Positions 36,601 to 46,819 of a stretch of DNA of 50,488 nucleotides are shown here, one piece after another. The DNA lies in the IMG/VR virus record IMGVR_UViG_3300037506_000199, positions 1 to 50,488 of that record; one strand, 5' to 3'. The translations under genes and the position numbers were made by a program. Positions within the stretch are counted from its first letter, which is position 1, and the number at the start of each line of letters is the position of its first letter. Under the pieces are notes generated by a model. The model did no database searches and was not told the DNA's origin. It worked only from the letters and a program-made list of their open reading frames with translations. Source of the DNA: a virus (lineage: Duplodnaviria; Caudoviricetes).

Positions 36601-36966
36601 GTGCGACAAATGCTCACGGAACGCAGCGTATTATTTGGCGCCGTAGTGGTGGCTACCACGGAGCTTGACGCGGAACCATTTCCGTTCCAAGACGCCAGCG
36701 GCGGTTTTATTCACGTGCCCGCCAGCGAGGGTACGGTAACCTTGACGTTTTATGTGTCGGATAACGATCACCATGTGGATGATGTGTCCGAGCCACCCAC
36801 ATTTCAGCTTGCCAAGACCTATGGCGGTGCGGTAATCACCGTGACTTTGGATGGTGGTGAATCCTGCGAAATTCATCCCAGTTTGTTTTCGGCCTGTCAA
36901 TTCAAAATCGTGGCTAGCGCGGTAAGTGCACCGGGCATCAAATACAAAATCACCGCGAAAAGTTAG
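36601..36966 (+). CDS. Hypothetical virion protein
   Basis: AGGAG near start; beta-rich ORF in tail operon. Confidence 0.6.
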   Translation: MRQMLTERSVLFGAVVVATTELDAEPFPFQDASGGFIHVPASEGTVTLTFYVSDNDHHVDDVSEPPTFQLAKTYGGAVITVTLDGGESCEIHPSLFSACQFKIVASAVSAPGIKYKITAKS

Positions 36967-36967
36967 C

Positions 36968-39376
36968 ATGTCGCGCACGGATCAGATCAAGCGCTATTAC
37001 GAACCATTGCTTGAAGGCGCGGAAGCAGCTACGGGATCGGTCTTGCAATGGATACAAGAAACCGGTGATTTCATGATCACGGAGAATGGCGATGCCATTA
37101 CTTTTGAGAGTACCGCCACCGTAGATGATGTGCCGGACTTGTTCGTGTTCACCAATTTGACGAACGTACAAAAAAACACAATGTATTCGTCAAATGTGGT
37201 AACGATCACTGGCATTAACGTGGATGCCACGATTTCAGTTGCCGGAGGTAACTACAAGATCAATGACGGTAACTGGACCGCGAATGATGGGTTCGTGGCC
37301 AAGAATGATCAGGTACAGGTACAAGTGATGTCATCTAACAACGATAATACCACGGTAACGGTGATTCTAACTGTCGGTGGAGTGAGCCAAGTATGGACGG
37401 TCACGACGGCGGCTGCACCAGTGGACACTACACCGGATGCTTTTGCTTTTACGGACGTGACAAATGCCGACATAAACACGCAGTATACGAGCAATGCCAT
37501 TACGGTGTCTGGTATTAACTCGCCCACGCCAATTGCCTTGAGTAGCACGATACCGGACGCGGAATATCAGATTGACAACGGTGCCTGGACGAATGCGCCG
37601 GGTAACGTGACCGTGAACCAACAAGTAAAAGTACGTTTTACAACCTCGGATGTGTACGAACAAGTGCACGATGCCACAATTACCATTGGAGGCGTGTCGG
37701 ATACTTATCGCGCGACGACGAAGGTGTCGCCGCCACCGCCGGATGCCACGCCCGATGCCTTTGCGTTTACCGGTGTGGTGGATGCGTCGCTGTCTACGGT
37801 GTATGCCTCCGAGGAAGTGGTAATTAGCGGCACGAACATGCCAGCGGCTGTAACCATCACGGGTGGCAGCTATTCCATCGATGGCGGGGCTTACGCCAGT
37901 GGCCCCACGACGATCAACAGCGGTCAGAGAATCAAGGTACGTGGCACATCGTCGGCTAACCACAATACGCTGGTGAGCGTGGCATTGACCATAGGCGGCG
38001 TAGTGGGAACATTCGACATTACAACGGCTGCCGCGCCGGGAGGAGATATAACGCCGTTAAATGATCCCGATTGGCTGATCGACGCGGAAGACTATACCGG
38101 CACCAAAGTGGGCTCAACCGGTTATTCGCTGTCGGATTACAGCACCATCCTCAGCCATGCCAATCCGGTCGTAGTCACGGACAATACCACGCTGTACGCG
38201 GCGATTGCTGCTGCCAAGTCCGACACGTCAATCAAGGCGATTCATTTGACGCCAGGTCCGGTTTATACTTGGACGAAGAATCTGATTGGCAATCATCAAC
38301 GGCCAGCCAACGATCCTTTGGTGATCAGCACTTTGCCTGGTGCCACGATTCAGGCTCAAGTATCGCAGATATTAGAAGAGCAAGCATGCCAAGGCATTGC
38401 GTTTGTGGATCTGGACGTGAGCAGCGGCATCGTCCTGCAATTGGCCAACAAAAAATACATTTTGTTGGAAAAATTGAAGGGTTTCATCACCTTGCAAGGG
38501 GAACGATTGCCAAATGCCGTTCCGGGTCTGCCTATGGAAGACGTGCAGATCCGACAATGCCATCTCGTGGACCATTGGGGTACTGGCAGCTCATTGACGC
38601 ATGGTTTGTTCACATGGAACGTTAATCGCTTGCTCGTGGAAGGGTGTTTTGTCGATCATAACGGGTGGGACCCAGCCCATGATCGCTTTTACGCTTCGGA
38701 CCTGGGAGGTCCAAGCAGTCGCGATCACAACATGTACATCAATCGTCCAGCGGGCGTAGGCACCGATATGGCGATCGTGCGGTATTGCATCATCGCGAGA
38801 GCCTCATCGCATGGGTGTCAAGGGAAGGCGCCCACGCAATGCTATCACAATCTGTTCTTGCGCAATCCGGTCTGTTGGCAATTGGGTTATGGCGGCGATG
38901 GTCAATTTGGCAGCCTTGGTACGACCAATGGATCGGTGATGCGCGACAATATTATCGTCGATGCCGATCGTTTGGATGCTTCTGGTGGAAGAGGCGACGT
39001 GGCATGGGTAACCTGTGTCGATCAAGCAGTCGTGGCTAATAACTTAGCCATTGATTACGATCCAGCGTTGCCAACGAGCAATGCTGCATTTGTGTATCTG
39101 GAACAGAATTTTCCTATCACCGTTAACGTTTCCAACAACAAGGCGTGGCAATGGCCGCAAAGCTATCTGTATCGTTCGAGCGGTTACACGCCGAATGTCA
39201 CGGACAGTGGTAATAACTGGGCACTGGCGAGCTTTGACGCGGGCGCTCTGGCATTGGCCAGAACGCTCAAAAGCGATGCGTGGTTGGATAACCATAAGGC
39301 GACGCGGACGCGACTAGGTGTTGATATCGAGGAATTGAAGGCCAACATGGCCGCGATTCGAGCAGGAGCGCCTTAA
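36968..39376 (+). CDS. Tail fibre/spike: three Ig-like repeats plus beta-helix
   Basis: Three D.(T/V)PD.F.FT...Y.S....I.G...IGGV...T repeats; C-terminal beta-helix motifs. Confidence 0.7.
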   Translation: MSRTDQIKRYYEPLLEGAEAATGSVLQWIQETGDFMITENGDAITFESTATVDDVPDLFVFTNLTNVQKNTMYSSNVVTITGINVDATISVAGGNYKINDGNWTANDGFVAKNDQVQVQVMSSNNDNTTVTVILTVGGVSQVWTVTTAAAPVDTTPDAFAFTDVTNADINTQYTSNAITVSGINSPTPIALSSTIPDAEYQIDNGAWTNAPGNVTVNQQVKVRFTTSDVYEQVHDATITIGGVSDTYRATTKVSPPPPDATPDAFAFTGVVDASLSTVYASEEVVISGTNMPAAVTITGGSYSIDGGAYASGPTTINSGQRIKVRGTSSANHNTLVSVALTIGGVVGTFDITTAAAPGGDITPLNDPDWLIDAEDYTGTKVGSTGYSLSDYSTILSHANPVVVTDNTTLYAAIAAAKSDTSIKAIHLTPGPVYTWTKNLIGNHQRPANDPLVISTLPGATIQAQVSQILEEQACQGIAFVDLDVSSGIVLQLANKKYILLEKLKGFITLQGERLPNAVPGLPMEDVQIRQCHLVDHWGTGSSLTHGLFTWNVNRLLVEGCFVDHNGWDPAHDRFYASDLGGPSSRDHNMYINRPAGVGTDMAIVRYCIIARASSHGCQGKAPTQCYHNLFLRNPVCWQLGYGGDGQFGSLGTTNGSVMRDNIIVDADRLDASGGRGDVAWVTCVDQAVVANNLAIDYDPALPTSNAAFVYLEQNFPITVNVSNNKAWQWPQSYLYRSSGYTPNVTDSGNNWALASFDAGALALARTLKSDAWLDNHKATRTRLGVDIEELKANMAAIRAGAP

Positions 39377-41280
39377 TGGCCAATACAAGGATTCGAGAAT
39401 TGACGGCAACTACCGCGGCGGCGATCACCGATCCGTCAGTAGTGCAGTTTGGCGTCGACAAGACGGATATTCCTGGCACGCGAAAGTTGGCATTGAGTGA
39501 ACTACAGCAATTGACCAATGTGAATACGGTCGGTACGGTTGCCGCGCTAGCTACCGCACCAGCACGGGACGGGCAAATTTGGATCACATCCGGGTATAAC
39601 ACCGCCAATGATGGCGGTGGCAATGTCTATACCTATGCTGCTGGTTCATCGGCAACAGTGGATGGTGGCTTTGTAATCAATGGTCCAGGAAGTATTGGGC
39701 GATTTTTGGCGGTAGATACGTCGAGAGCGAACATTCTGCAATTTGGCGCCAAGACGGATGGCACAAATCAAGCAGCAGCTATTCAAGCGGCCATAAACGC
39801 GGCCGGAGATGGGGGAACTGTAGTGATCCCCGTGGGCCAATTCGCCATTTCGTCCACGCTAATCATCAACAAAGCTACGGTATTGCAAGGCGTTGGAAAA
39901 GGGCACAGCGGCGCCGGCACGGCTGGGGCGAGTCTAAAATGGATTGGAGCTACTAATGGTGTCATGCTGCGTGTCAATGATGGCACGAGTGGATTAACGG
40001 TGCATGGTTGGATCATTCGGCAAGTAGGTTTTAATGGTAATTCCATAGCGGGTGTGGTGGGCATTCGTCTTGGAGCAGGCAATGACGGCACACCAAGAGC
40101 GGCCGTCGGCACGATTGAAGCATGTTGGTTCAAAAACTGTCTAGGGCAAGGCATTGATTGCTGGACAGCGCAGATTTGTACGTTTGACACCTTGCACTTT
40201 GAGGGGTGCGGAGATGGTATTAAATTCAGCGCCGGTACGAACTATGCCAATACGGACATTCTAGTTAGTGGGTGTCGTGCCGCGTCCGGCACAATTGGAT
40301 TTCATATTCGTCGGCTTGTCGGTGCTACCTTTGTTAATTGCGCAGCGGAAACAAATCAAAACCAAGGGTTTTATTTGCAAACTGGCGGAACGGATGAAGC
40401 CATCAATGACATCACCTTTTTGTCGTGCTGGCAAGAGGGCAATTTGGCGGGCGGCGGTACTGGCAAGGGTGAGTTCGAGACAGTGTCCACGGGTGCTGGT
40501 ATACGCAGTCATTTGATTACTATCATCAATCATCATTGTGGGGTGCCATCAAGCAATAATTATAATTTGGTGTTCGATGGCTGCGTCGCGGAAGTGCAAC
40601 GACCACGATTGAACGGTAGTGGTCAGGGCATACTGCTGAAAGGCAACAATAGTGGCGCCGTCTCATATGTGCACATGCTGCTGGATTTCGATCCAGCCAC
40701 GTACATAACATTCCAGGCAGGCAGTAGTGCGATATATGGTACCGTGGAGGAAATTCTTACCACGGGTGGCGTAATAGACATGCGCCAGTGGGTCATCAAC
40801 AACGCCGCGCCTTGGATGTGGCAAAAGCGCCACAAAGACTACTTAGAACTTGTGGATAATAGGAACGATGCCACCAACAAAATTCAGCGATTAGTATTGC
40901 CACACTATACTAATTCGGAAGAGCAGATGGCGGCCATGGTCAATGTCTCGACTAGTACTGGTGGTGTAGTCCAAATTGGTGGTGGTTCAGGAGCTTATAA
41001 TGCCGCCACCACGGTGGATGTGTATGCAGCAGCGAACAACACAACCTTACTGGGCAGCAAAATAGCATCTTTTACTAGCAGCGGCATGACGCTGCAAGAT
41101 GGGATGAATATCGCGGCTAACACCGCATCTGGCACTAAGATTGGCACGGGCAGCACCCAAAAATTGGGATTTTGGAACGCTACGCCGGTGGCACAACCAG
41201 TGTTGGCGACTGGAGCGGGGCGCACCGTGGATGATGTAATTAGCATGCTGCAAACGATAGGTTTATGCAAGCAAACGTAA
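39376..41280 (+). CDS. Tailspike, pectate-lyase-like beta-helix
   Basis: GYNTANDGGG; NILQFGAKTDGTNQAAAIQAAINA...GTVVIPVG; C-terminal QKLGFWNATPVAQP. Confidence 0.8.
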   Translation: MANTRIRELTATTAAAITDPSVVQFGVDKTDIPGTRKLALSELQQLTNVNTVGTVAALATAPARDGQIWITSGYNTANDGGGNVYTYAAGSSATVDGGFVINGPGSIGRFLAVDTSRANILQFGAKTDGTNQAAAIQAAINAAGDGGTVVIPVGQFAISSTLIINKATVLQGVGKGHSGAGTAGASLKWIGATNGVMLRVNDGTSGLTVHGWIIRQVGFNGNSIAGVVGIRLGAGNDGTPRAAVGTIEACWFKNCLGQGIDCWTAQICTFDTLHFEGCGDGIKFSAGTNYANTDILVSGCRAASGTIGFHIRRLVGATFVNCAAETNQNQGFYLQTGGTDEAINDITFLSCWQEGNLAGGGTGKGEFETVSTGAGIRSHLITIINHHCGVPSSNNYNLVFDGCVAEVQRPRLNGSGQGILLKGNNSGAVSYVHMLLDFDPATYITFQAGSSAIYGTVEEILTTGGVIDMRQWVINNAAPWMWQKRHKDYLELVDNRNDATNKIQRLVLPHYTNSEEQMAAMVNVSTSTGGVVQIGGGSGAYNAATTVDVYAAANNTTLLGSKIASFTSSGMTLQDGMNIAANTASGTKIGTGSTQKLGFWNATPVAQPVLATGAGRTVDDVISMLQTIGLCKQT

Positions 41281-41291
41281 CGAGGACGAAT

Positions 41292-44200
41292 ATGCGATAC
41301 ATCACTAGTGTGTTTATTGTGCTGCTCGTGGCCAGCATGGGACAAACACAGCAAACGATTTTGCAACAACCCACCTTGCCGGCAACCAGTGTTGACTCGC
41401 CAGCCGACACGGGACAAGTCTGGGCTTTGGTGGACGACAATGTCGTTTCGCCCGCCAAAACAAACAAAGTCGCGCTGCAAACCATCGTGCAGCTCGGTAA
41501 GTATTATTTGAAGCCAACGGGTGTGATCGGTAGCGTTGATGACGTGAATCTTACGGGCGCCGAGCCCGATGTGATTTTGGTGGATTCCATTGACGAAAAA
41601 GACAATCTGGTTGTGCCGGCCAACATGTCTTGCATGCTGGTTAACGTGTCGGAGACTGGCGAGTCGATTGATATTAGCACGGTCGGCAATAACCAAATCA
41701 CCTTAGCTGTCAACGATTGGTGCTGGATAACCTGGTCCGCGACGCACGCGGGCGGGGCACAGCACATTATTTCTCGGCCGGCTGGGTCAATTGTGGATAC
41801 GAGCATGTCTGCCACGTCGAACAATCCGGTGCGCAACAGCACGATCAAGACGTATGTCGATGGCTTGAGTTATTTAACCATTGACTCCGCCATGAGCGGC
41901 ACATCGAACAACGCTGTGCGCAACAGCACGATCAAAACGTACGTGGACAACCGCGCGCTAGTCCGGCCATCGGATGTAATCGTCACGGCATCCGGAAATG
42001 CTGCTACAGATACATCCGCGCTAATTGCCGCCGCCACGGCTTTGGATACGGTGGGATATGGCACATTGTGGATCGACGGCAATGTGCAAATCAATTCCCA
42101 GGTGACGTTGCATGCGCCAATCAGTCTCAAGGGACTAAACAGCAATGCTGGCATTACCTGGACGAATGCCGCTGGTCGAATTCAATGGCAGCCAGTAGGC
42201 ACCAACGATTTTAATCCACCCACAACATCCAGCATTACGGGATCGGCTGCGGCCACTGGTTTTACCGCAACCACGGCCAAGCAAACGTTCGTGTTGAGCG
42301 AAACCCTGGAATTGGCGGACGGCGATTGGTTTATCGTATATTCGGATGACCCAATTCCAAATCACAAACCGCATTCCACCGCGAATTATCCTGCTGAGGT
42401 GCACAGTGTGTTGCGGCGAGACACGGCCACGGTCGTGGCCACGGCTCCTGGCACGGTGACGGCCAACGTGGACAACAATCTGACTTGGGTTGGCAACACA
42501 CTGGCGAATAATGATCGCGTGCGCTTCACTTCCACGGGCACGCTGCCCGCGCCGCTGAGTGCAGCGACGCGATATTACGTGGTGCAAAAGTCAGGTAACT
42601 CGTTCAAAGTCTCGTTGTCGTCCGGTGGCGCCGAGGTGGATATCACCGACACCGGCACGGGCACGCACACAGCTTACACGGATGAATTTACCGAAACGGT
42701 AAGTAGTGGCAAAACGACTGGCACCTTTGGCGATATCAAGAATTCGTGGCCAGTGAAGCTATCCACCACTGGCACGCTACCAGCGCCACTAGTGGCAGGT
42801 ACGCGCTATTACGCCGTCGAATACGATTCCGGCAAGCAATGGAAATTGGCGACCACGCCTGGGGGTACGCCAATTCAAATCACGGACGTAGGCTCGGGGA
42901 CGCACACATTGATTGCCGACGCATATCGCTTGGGCGATTTTATCGTCGATGCCCTGACGACGAACCAGAAAATTCGCAGGCTGCCAATACTAGCACAACC
43001 CGGCAGCGCCAACGTGAGCAACGTGGAAGTGTGTAATCTGACGCTGCGCAGCGCGGATCGGTCGGTCAACAACTATACGTCGCTGTACTTTACTTGCCTC
43101 AATGGCGTACATGTACATGATGTGGTCTGGGAACTCAATGGCACGGCTGGTGGACCGGGTTATATGGGGTTCAATTACTGCGCGAACGTGGAAGTAGATC
43201 ATTGCGCGTTGCACGGTACCGATGACTATGACGACGAGACCAAATCCGCTTACGGTGTTGTGTTTCGGGGCATCAATGGCGCGACATGCCACGATTGCAT
43301 TTTCAAACGAGCTCGGCACGTCGTCGATGTATCTCTGGCCTTTGACGATACTGGGGACGCCAATCTGCGATACGGCACGCCGCGCAACATCTTGATCCAT
43401 AACAATATCGTCGAATTTGACCAGCACGAGGACGGCACAATCGCGTTTAGCACACATGCCGAAGGGTGGGGCGTGACATTCGCAAACAATGTGTTTTTCT
43501 TGGCGGAAGACAGTGGATCAAGCACAAACACCACTGGCGGCATTTTAATTCGGTCCCGGGCCGCCAAGGTGCAGGGCAATGTATTTCACGGACCGGGGCC
43601 AGCAGCCAACGTATCGATCCGATGTTTGCAAATTGCTGCCAGCGATTGTGTTGTACAAGGCAATTTTTTCGATGGTATCGCGCATGCCGTGGCGGTTGAC
43701 TATAGTGATACTGCCGGCCGTTGTAATCGCAATCTCGTGGTTAATAATGTGTTCACGAATTGTGGCGCCACTGTGACAGCCAATGGGATCGTCAAGGTAA
43801 CAGGGGGCGCGGATCACGTGATTAGCGGCAATCAGTTCATTAAGCCGGCTGGCACGAGCGTGAATCTGGTCAATGGCTCCGCCACGCCTAATTTGACGAA
43901 TTGTCGGATTACGAACAATGAGATACACGATCAAGATGGCACAGCCAATACGGCTGCGATATTGTTGGCTGGCACGGGCGCGGCTTCCCTGGAGAACGTG
44001 CGCATCGTAGGCAATGTATTTGACAGCGTGCAGGAGATTTGCATTCGCGTGGCCGGTGGAGCTTCCGGTGTGGGCGATAATATCTGGATCGTTGGTAATT
44101 GTTTCCGAGATTGCACGGCGAGCGACATCATCGAATTCGTCGATGACGGGACAACCACTGGACATCGTGTGGCAAACAATGACGCGCCCAAGATGAGCAA

Positions 44201-44354
44201 CACAAATTTCATGGATGTTGGTGCGTTGGCCACGGCCGCGATTAAAATTCGTGGCAACACAGTCGATGGCTATGGCGCGGGGTCATTGGGCTTGACGGGA
44301 ACCAACGCGGCGGCGATCACGACTGCACAAGCAGCCAAGAATTGGACGGATTAA
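41292..44354 (+). CDS. Large beta-helix spike/depolymerase with signal-peptide-like N-terminus
   Basis: GAGGA RBS; MRYITSVFIVLLVASMG; two TGTLPAPL...TRYY...GG...ITD.G.GTHT repeats; many IxxNxF beta-helix turns. Confidence 0.72.
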   Translation: MRYITSVFIVLLVASMGQTQQTILQQPTLPATSVDSPADTGQVWALVDDNVVSPAKTNKVALQTIVQLGKYYLKPTGVIGSVDDVNLTGAEPDVILVDSIDEKDNLVVPANMSCMLVNVSETGESIDISTVGNNQITLAVNDWCWITWSATHAGGAQHIISRPAGSIVDTSMSATSNNPVRNSTIKTYVDGLSYLTIDSAMSGTSNNAVRNSTIKTYVDNRALVRPSDVIVTASGNAATDTSALIAAATALDTVGYGTLWIDGNVQINSQVTLHAPISLKGLNSNAGITWTNAAGRIQWQPVGTNDFNPPTTSSITGSAAATGFTATTAKQTFVLSETLELADGDWFIVYSDDPIPNHKPHSTANYPAEVHSVLRRDTATVVATAPGTVTANVDNNLTWVGNTLANNDRVRFTSTGTLPAPLSAATRYYVVQKSGNSFKVSLSSGGAEVDITDTGTGTHTAYTDEFTETVSSGKTTGTFGDIKNSWPVKLSTTGTLPAPLVAGTRYYAVEYDSGKQWKLATTPGGTPIQITDVGSGTHTLIADAYRLGDFIVDALTTNQKIRRLPILAQPGSANVSNVEVCNLTLRSADRSVNNYTSLYFTCLNGVHVHDVVWELNGTAGGPGYMGFNYCANVEVDHCALHGTDDYDDETKSAYGVVFRGINGATCHDCIFKRARHVVDVSLAFDDTGDANLRYGTPRNILIHNNIVEFDQHEDGTIAFSTHAEGWGVTFANNVFFLAEDSGSSTNTTGGILIRSRAAKVQGNVFHGPGPAANVSIRCLQIAASDCVVQGNFFDGIAHAVAVDYSDTAGRCNRNLVVNNVFTNCGATVTANGIVKVTGGADHVISGNQFIKPAGTSVNLVNGSATPNLTNCRITNNEIHDQDGTANTAAILLAGTGAASLENVRIVGNVFDSVQEICIRVAGGASGVGDNIWIVGNCFRDCTASDIIEFVDDGTTTGHRVANNDAPKMSNTNFMDVGALATAAIKIRGNTVDGYGAGSLGLTGTNAAAITTAQAAKNWTD

Positions 44355-44384
44355 AAAATTTCTCCTGTGGTGGCAAAAGCGCTC

Positions 44385-44414
44385 TTGACAAGCGATGGTC
44401 CACTTGCTTATATT
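44385..44414 (+). promoter_or_regulatory. sigma70-type promoter
   Basis: TTGACA-18-TATATT. Confidence 0.65.
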
Positions 44415-44560
44415 CAGTCCATCATCAAAGCAACCTGCAATTTTCTACACTGGAAAAGCTGGGAATCCTGGTGCACAAGACGTACTGCGCAGATGGAGTG
44501 CGCGGGCCGAGGGAATGGTGCCGGTAAGGATAGCAACCGGCAATGGCCATGGGAATGGCG

Positions 44561-44599
44561 CGGCAGGCCAGAAAGGAACGAACCTGCCGTTCTTTTTTT
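44561..44599 (+). terminator. Intrinsic terminator/attenuator-like hairpin
   Basis: CGGCAGG...CCTGCCG followed by TTCTTTTTTT. Confidence 0.6.
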
Positions 44600-44625
44600 G
44601 CATTGCACCCGAAGGATGCGCATGT

Positions 44626-44859
44626 ATGACAATCTGGCATGAAGTGCCGTTTCATGGCGCGTTGGAAGAAGAACAATCGCGTGCTGCAGTGATACAGACA
44701 CACAATGACCGTTATGTTCGTGATTTAGCACATTCCGTGGTGATCGTTACCGATCCCCACTTGATCGCGCAGATGTCTCGCTGGCAACGCTGGTTGAATG
44801 GAGAGGATGTTACTCTCACTGGCTCGCCAGAGGATTTTCATTTACCTGGAGGCTCGTAA
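44626..44859 (+). CDS. Hypothetical protein
   Basis: AAGGA RBS; coupled to next gene (TAATG). Confidence 0.55.
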   Translation: MTIWHEVPFHGALEEEQSRAAVIQTHNDRYVRDLAHSVVIVTDPHLIAQMSRWQRWLNGEDVTLTGSPEDFHLPGGS

Positions 44860-45347
44860 TGGACAAGTCCATGCCGCTAAATGATTGGGGAGAAGTGAGC
44901 ACGAGTAACTACCTGAAGGGCTCGGACGTACCGCAGCCATTCGTTGCTACGATTAAGGATGTCAGGACCGTCAAATTGGGGACTGGCAACGAAATGCAGA
45001 TCAAGGCCGTCGTGGAGTTTGATTGTTGCAAGCCAATGATTTTCAACAAAACCAACCAAAATATCCTCTGCGCATTGTATCCCGAGGTGACAAAACGGCC
45101 ACTGAACGCGGTCGGTAAGCAGGTGGAAATTTACTATGACACGACAATTCAGATGCATGGGCAAACGGTGGGCGGTTTGCGTATCCGCAAGCCGCAGGAT
45201 TCGGCGGCTGCTAGGGACAGCGAAGTTGAGAAGCTCAAACGGCAATTGGCCGAGATGATAGCAGAAAAAGCCGCAGAAAAAGCCCAGATGAAGGAGTTTG
45301 AGCGTGCTCAGGAAGAGATGATGCTGAATCAGGAAACACCGTTCTAA
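44859..45347 (+). CDS. Putative ssDNA-binding protein
   Basis: NYLKGSD...KPMIFNKTN...GKQVEIY...VGGLRIR; C-terminal ETPF tail like SSBs. Confidence 0.55.
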   Translation: MDKSMPLNDWGEVSTSNYLKGSDVPQPFVATIKDVRTVKLGTGNEMQIKAVVEFDCCKPMIFNKTNQNILCALYPEVTKRPLNAVGKQVEIYYDTTIQMHGQTVGGLRIRKPQDSAAARDSEVEKLKRQLAEMIAEKAAEKAQMKEFERAQEEMMLNQETPF

Positions 45348-45363
45348 GCGGAGTCATGCCAGG

Positions 45364-45840
45364 ATGGCAATCGATTTAGCCCTTGACCTTGGCGGGAATA
45401 CTGGTTGGGCCATCAGATATGAGAGCGGCGCCGTCCGTTGCGGAAGCTGGTCCCTGGTACGGGGCCAGGTGGGCGGCAGCCGCTCCATTATCCCGCTGGT
45501 AAGGCTCTGGAAGCGTCTCTGTAGGCTTGGTTGGGACCATGAGGTCCGCAGCCTCACCCTGGAAGAAGCGTTCGCCCACGGGGCTGCTGGGTGGCGTCTG
45601 CAAGGGATGCAGACTTTGGCAATGTTTTGGGCACACATGGGCGGTGTGTCTTATCTGCGGCTGCGGCCGAATATGTGGAAAGCGGTCTGCTGCGGGAATG
45701 GTAAACTAGGCAAACTGGAGTATTTGCGATTAGCTCAAGAGCGATGGCCGGAGGTGCGGATTTGGAATGATGACCAAGCTGCTGCCAGATGGATATTGCT
45801 GTACCGAGAACTCATGGAGGAACATGATGAAAAAACGTAG
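45364..45840 (+). CDS. RuvC-like Holliday junction resolvase
   Basis: LALDLGGNTGWA, LTLEE, P..WK..CCGNGK..K, DDQAAA. Confidence 0.75.
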   Translation: MAIDLALDLGGNTGWAIRYESGAVRCGSWSLVRGQVGGSRSIIPLVRLWKRLCRLGWDHEVRSLTLEEAFAHGAAGWRLQGMQTLAMFWAHMGGVSYLRLRPNMWKAVCCGNGKLGKLEYLRLAQERWPEVRIWNDDQAAARWILLYRELMEEHDEKT

Positions 45841-46126
45841 CGAACCACAACCAGGTGATCTGTGGGTGTCACGGACGGAAGGCGAAAAAGAACGTTTCCA
45901 GCGTAACAAGTGCATGACATGCATGCATGGCCGGCACGCTCCGAACAATCATGGTCGGCGGGCGCCACAGCGCCGTGCGGTCTCGATCGGTTGTGAATTG
46001 TGGAAACAAGGCATATTGAACGGACAATCGATTGGTGCTTGGACGTATGATGAATATCTAGAGCCAATGTGTCTGGATTACGAACCTGCGTTGTCATTCT
46101 TGTGCTGTGATGAAGAGACCGATTGA
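45824..46126 (+). CDS. Small Cys-containing hypothetical protein
   Basis: GGAGG RBS; CMTC...C...C. Confidence 0.55.
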   Translation: MMKKRSEPQPGDLWVSRTEGEKERFQRNKCMTCMHGRHAPNNHGRRAPQRRAVSIGCELWKQGILNGQSIGAWTYDEYLEPMCLDYEPALSFLCCDEETD

Positions 46127-46640
46127 ACCAGAACGCTCTATCAGAATCTCATTGCCGGTAAGTTGGTTCGAGGCCATTCAACGGGTAGCAAAACAACGCA
46201 ATGTGTCTCGGCAAGTATATTTGCGGATGACAATTTGGAGATCATTACGGCGTGCGGGCGAGCGAGTCAATCGTTCTGAATCGCAACGAGCTTTATTGCG
46301 CATTGCCTGGCGCGCAGAGCGGGACAAAAAGCGCGGTGGACCGAGCAACAAATCACGAGCGATACGGACAAAGCAATTACATGATCGTTGGGTGAAGTTA
46401 GCAGTGCAATTCACCCCGGAAGGCGAAGTCTGGATCGATGACAATTACTTTGCCAGCGGATGGCTGAGCCGGGATCATTCGTGGCACCACGAATCACCCG
46501 TGCCGTTCGAAGTACTGTTATGGCATTTGCGTGAACAATATCTTGCCAATGTGTCCTTGGCAACGTGCTGGCTGGAAGTGTTGCGCAAATACGATGACTG
46601 GCACGATTTTTCGGGTCGTCCCTCTTTAGGACTGACGTGA
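46107..46640 (+). CDS. Ribbon-helix-helix-like DNA-binding protein
   Basis: IRISLPVSWFEAIQRVAKQRNVSRQVYLRMTI. Confidence 0.55.
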   Translation: MMKRPIEPERSIRISLPVSWFEAIQRVAKQRNVSRQVYLRMTIWRSLRRAGERVNRSESQRALLRIAWRAERDKKRGGPSNKSRAIRTKQLHDRWVKLAVQFTPEGEVWIDDNYFASGWLSRDHSWHHESPVPFEVLLWHLREQYLANVSLATCWLEVLRKYDDWHDFSGRPSLGLT

Positions 46641-46647
46641 TTATAAC

Positions 46648-46788
46648 ATGAATGTGTTATTTAGACTTGGCTTAATACCATTTTGGTTGATGGTGACATG
46701 GGTAATCCTGTGCGTAGCCTTGGTGGGCAAGGCTTGGCAACTGTTGATCATGTGCATGTGTAGTGTGGGTCGTGCTTTACGCGTGTAA
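46648..46788 (+). CDS. Small hydrophobic protein (46 aa) upstream of cas12m
   Basis: MNVLFRLGLIPFWLMVTWVILCVALVGKAWQ...; not in ORF track. Confidence 0.4.
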   Translation: MNVLFRLGLIPFWLMVTWVILCVALVGKAWQLLIMCMCSVGRALRV

Positions 46789-46819
46789 ACGACATCATTA
46801 GTGCGCATTAGGGGGGCAT

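Noticed and set aside
46637-46647. GTGATTATAAC just before an ATG, like the repeat 3' end
   Set aside because: Only 10/11 nt with no 5' half; insufficient.
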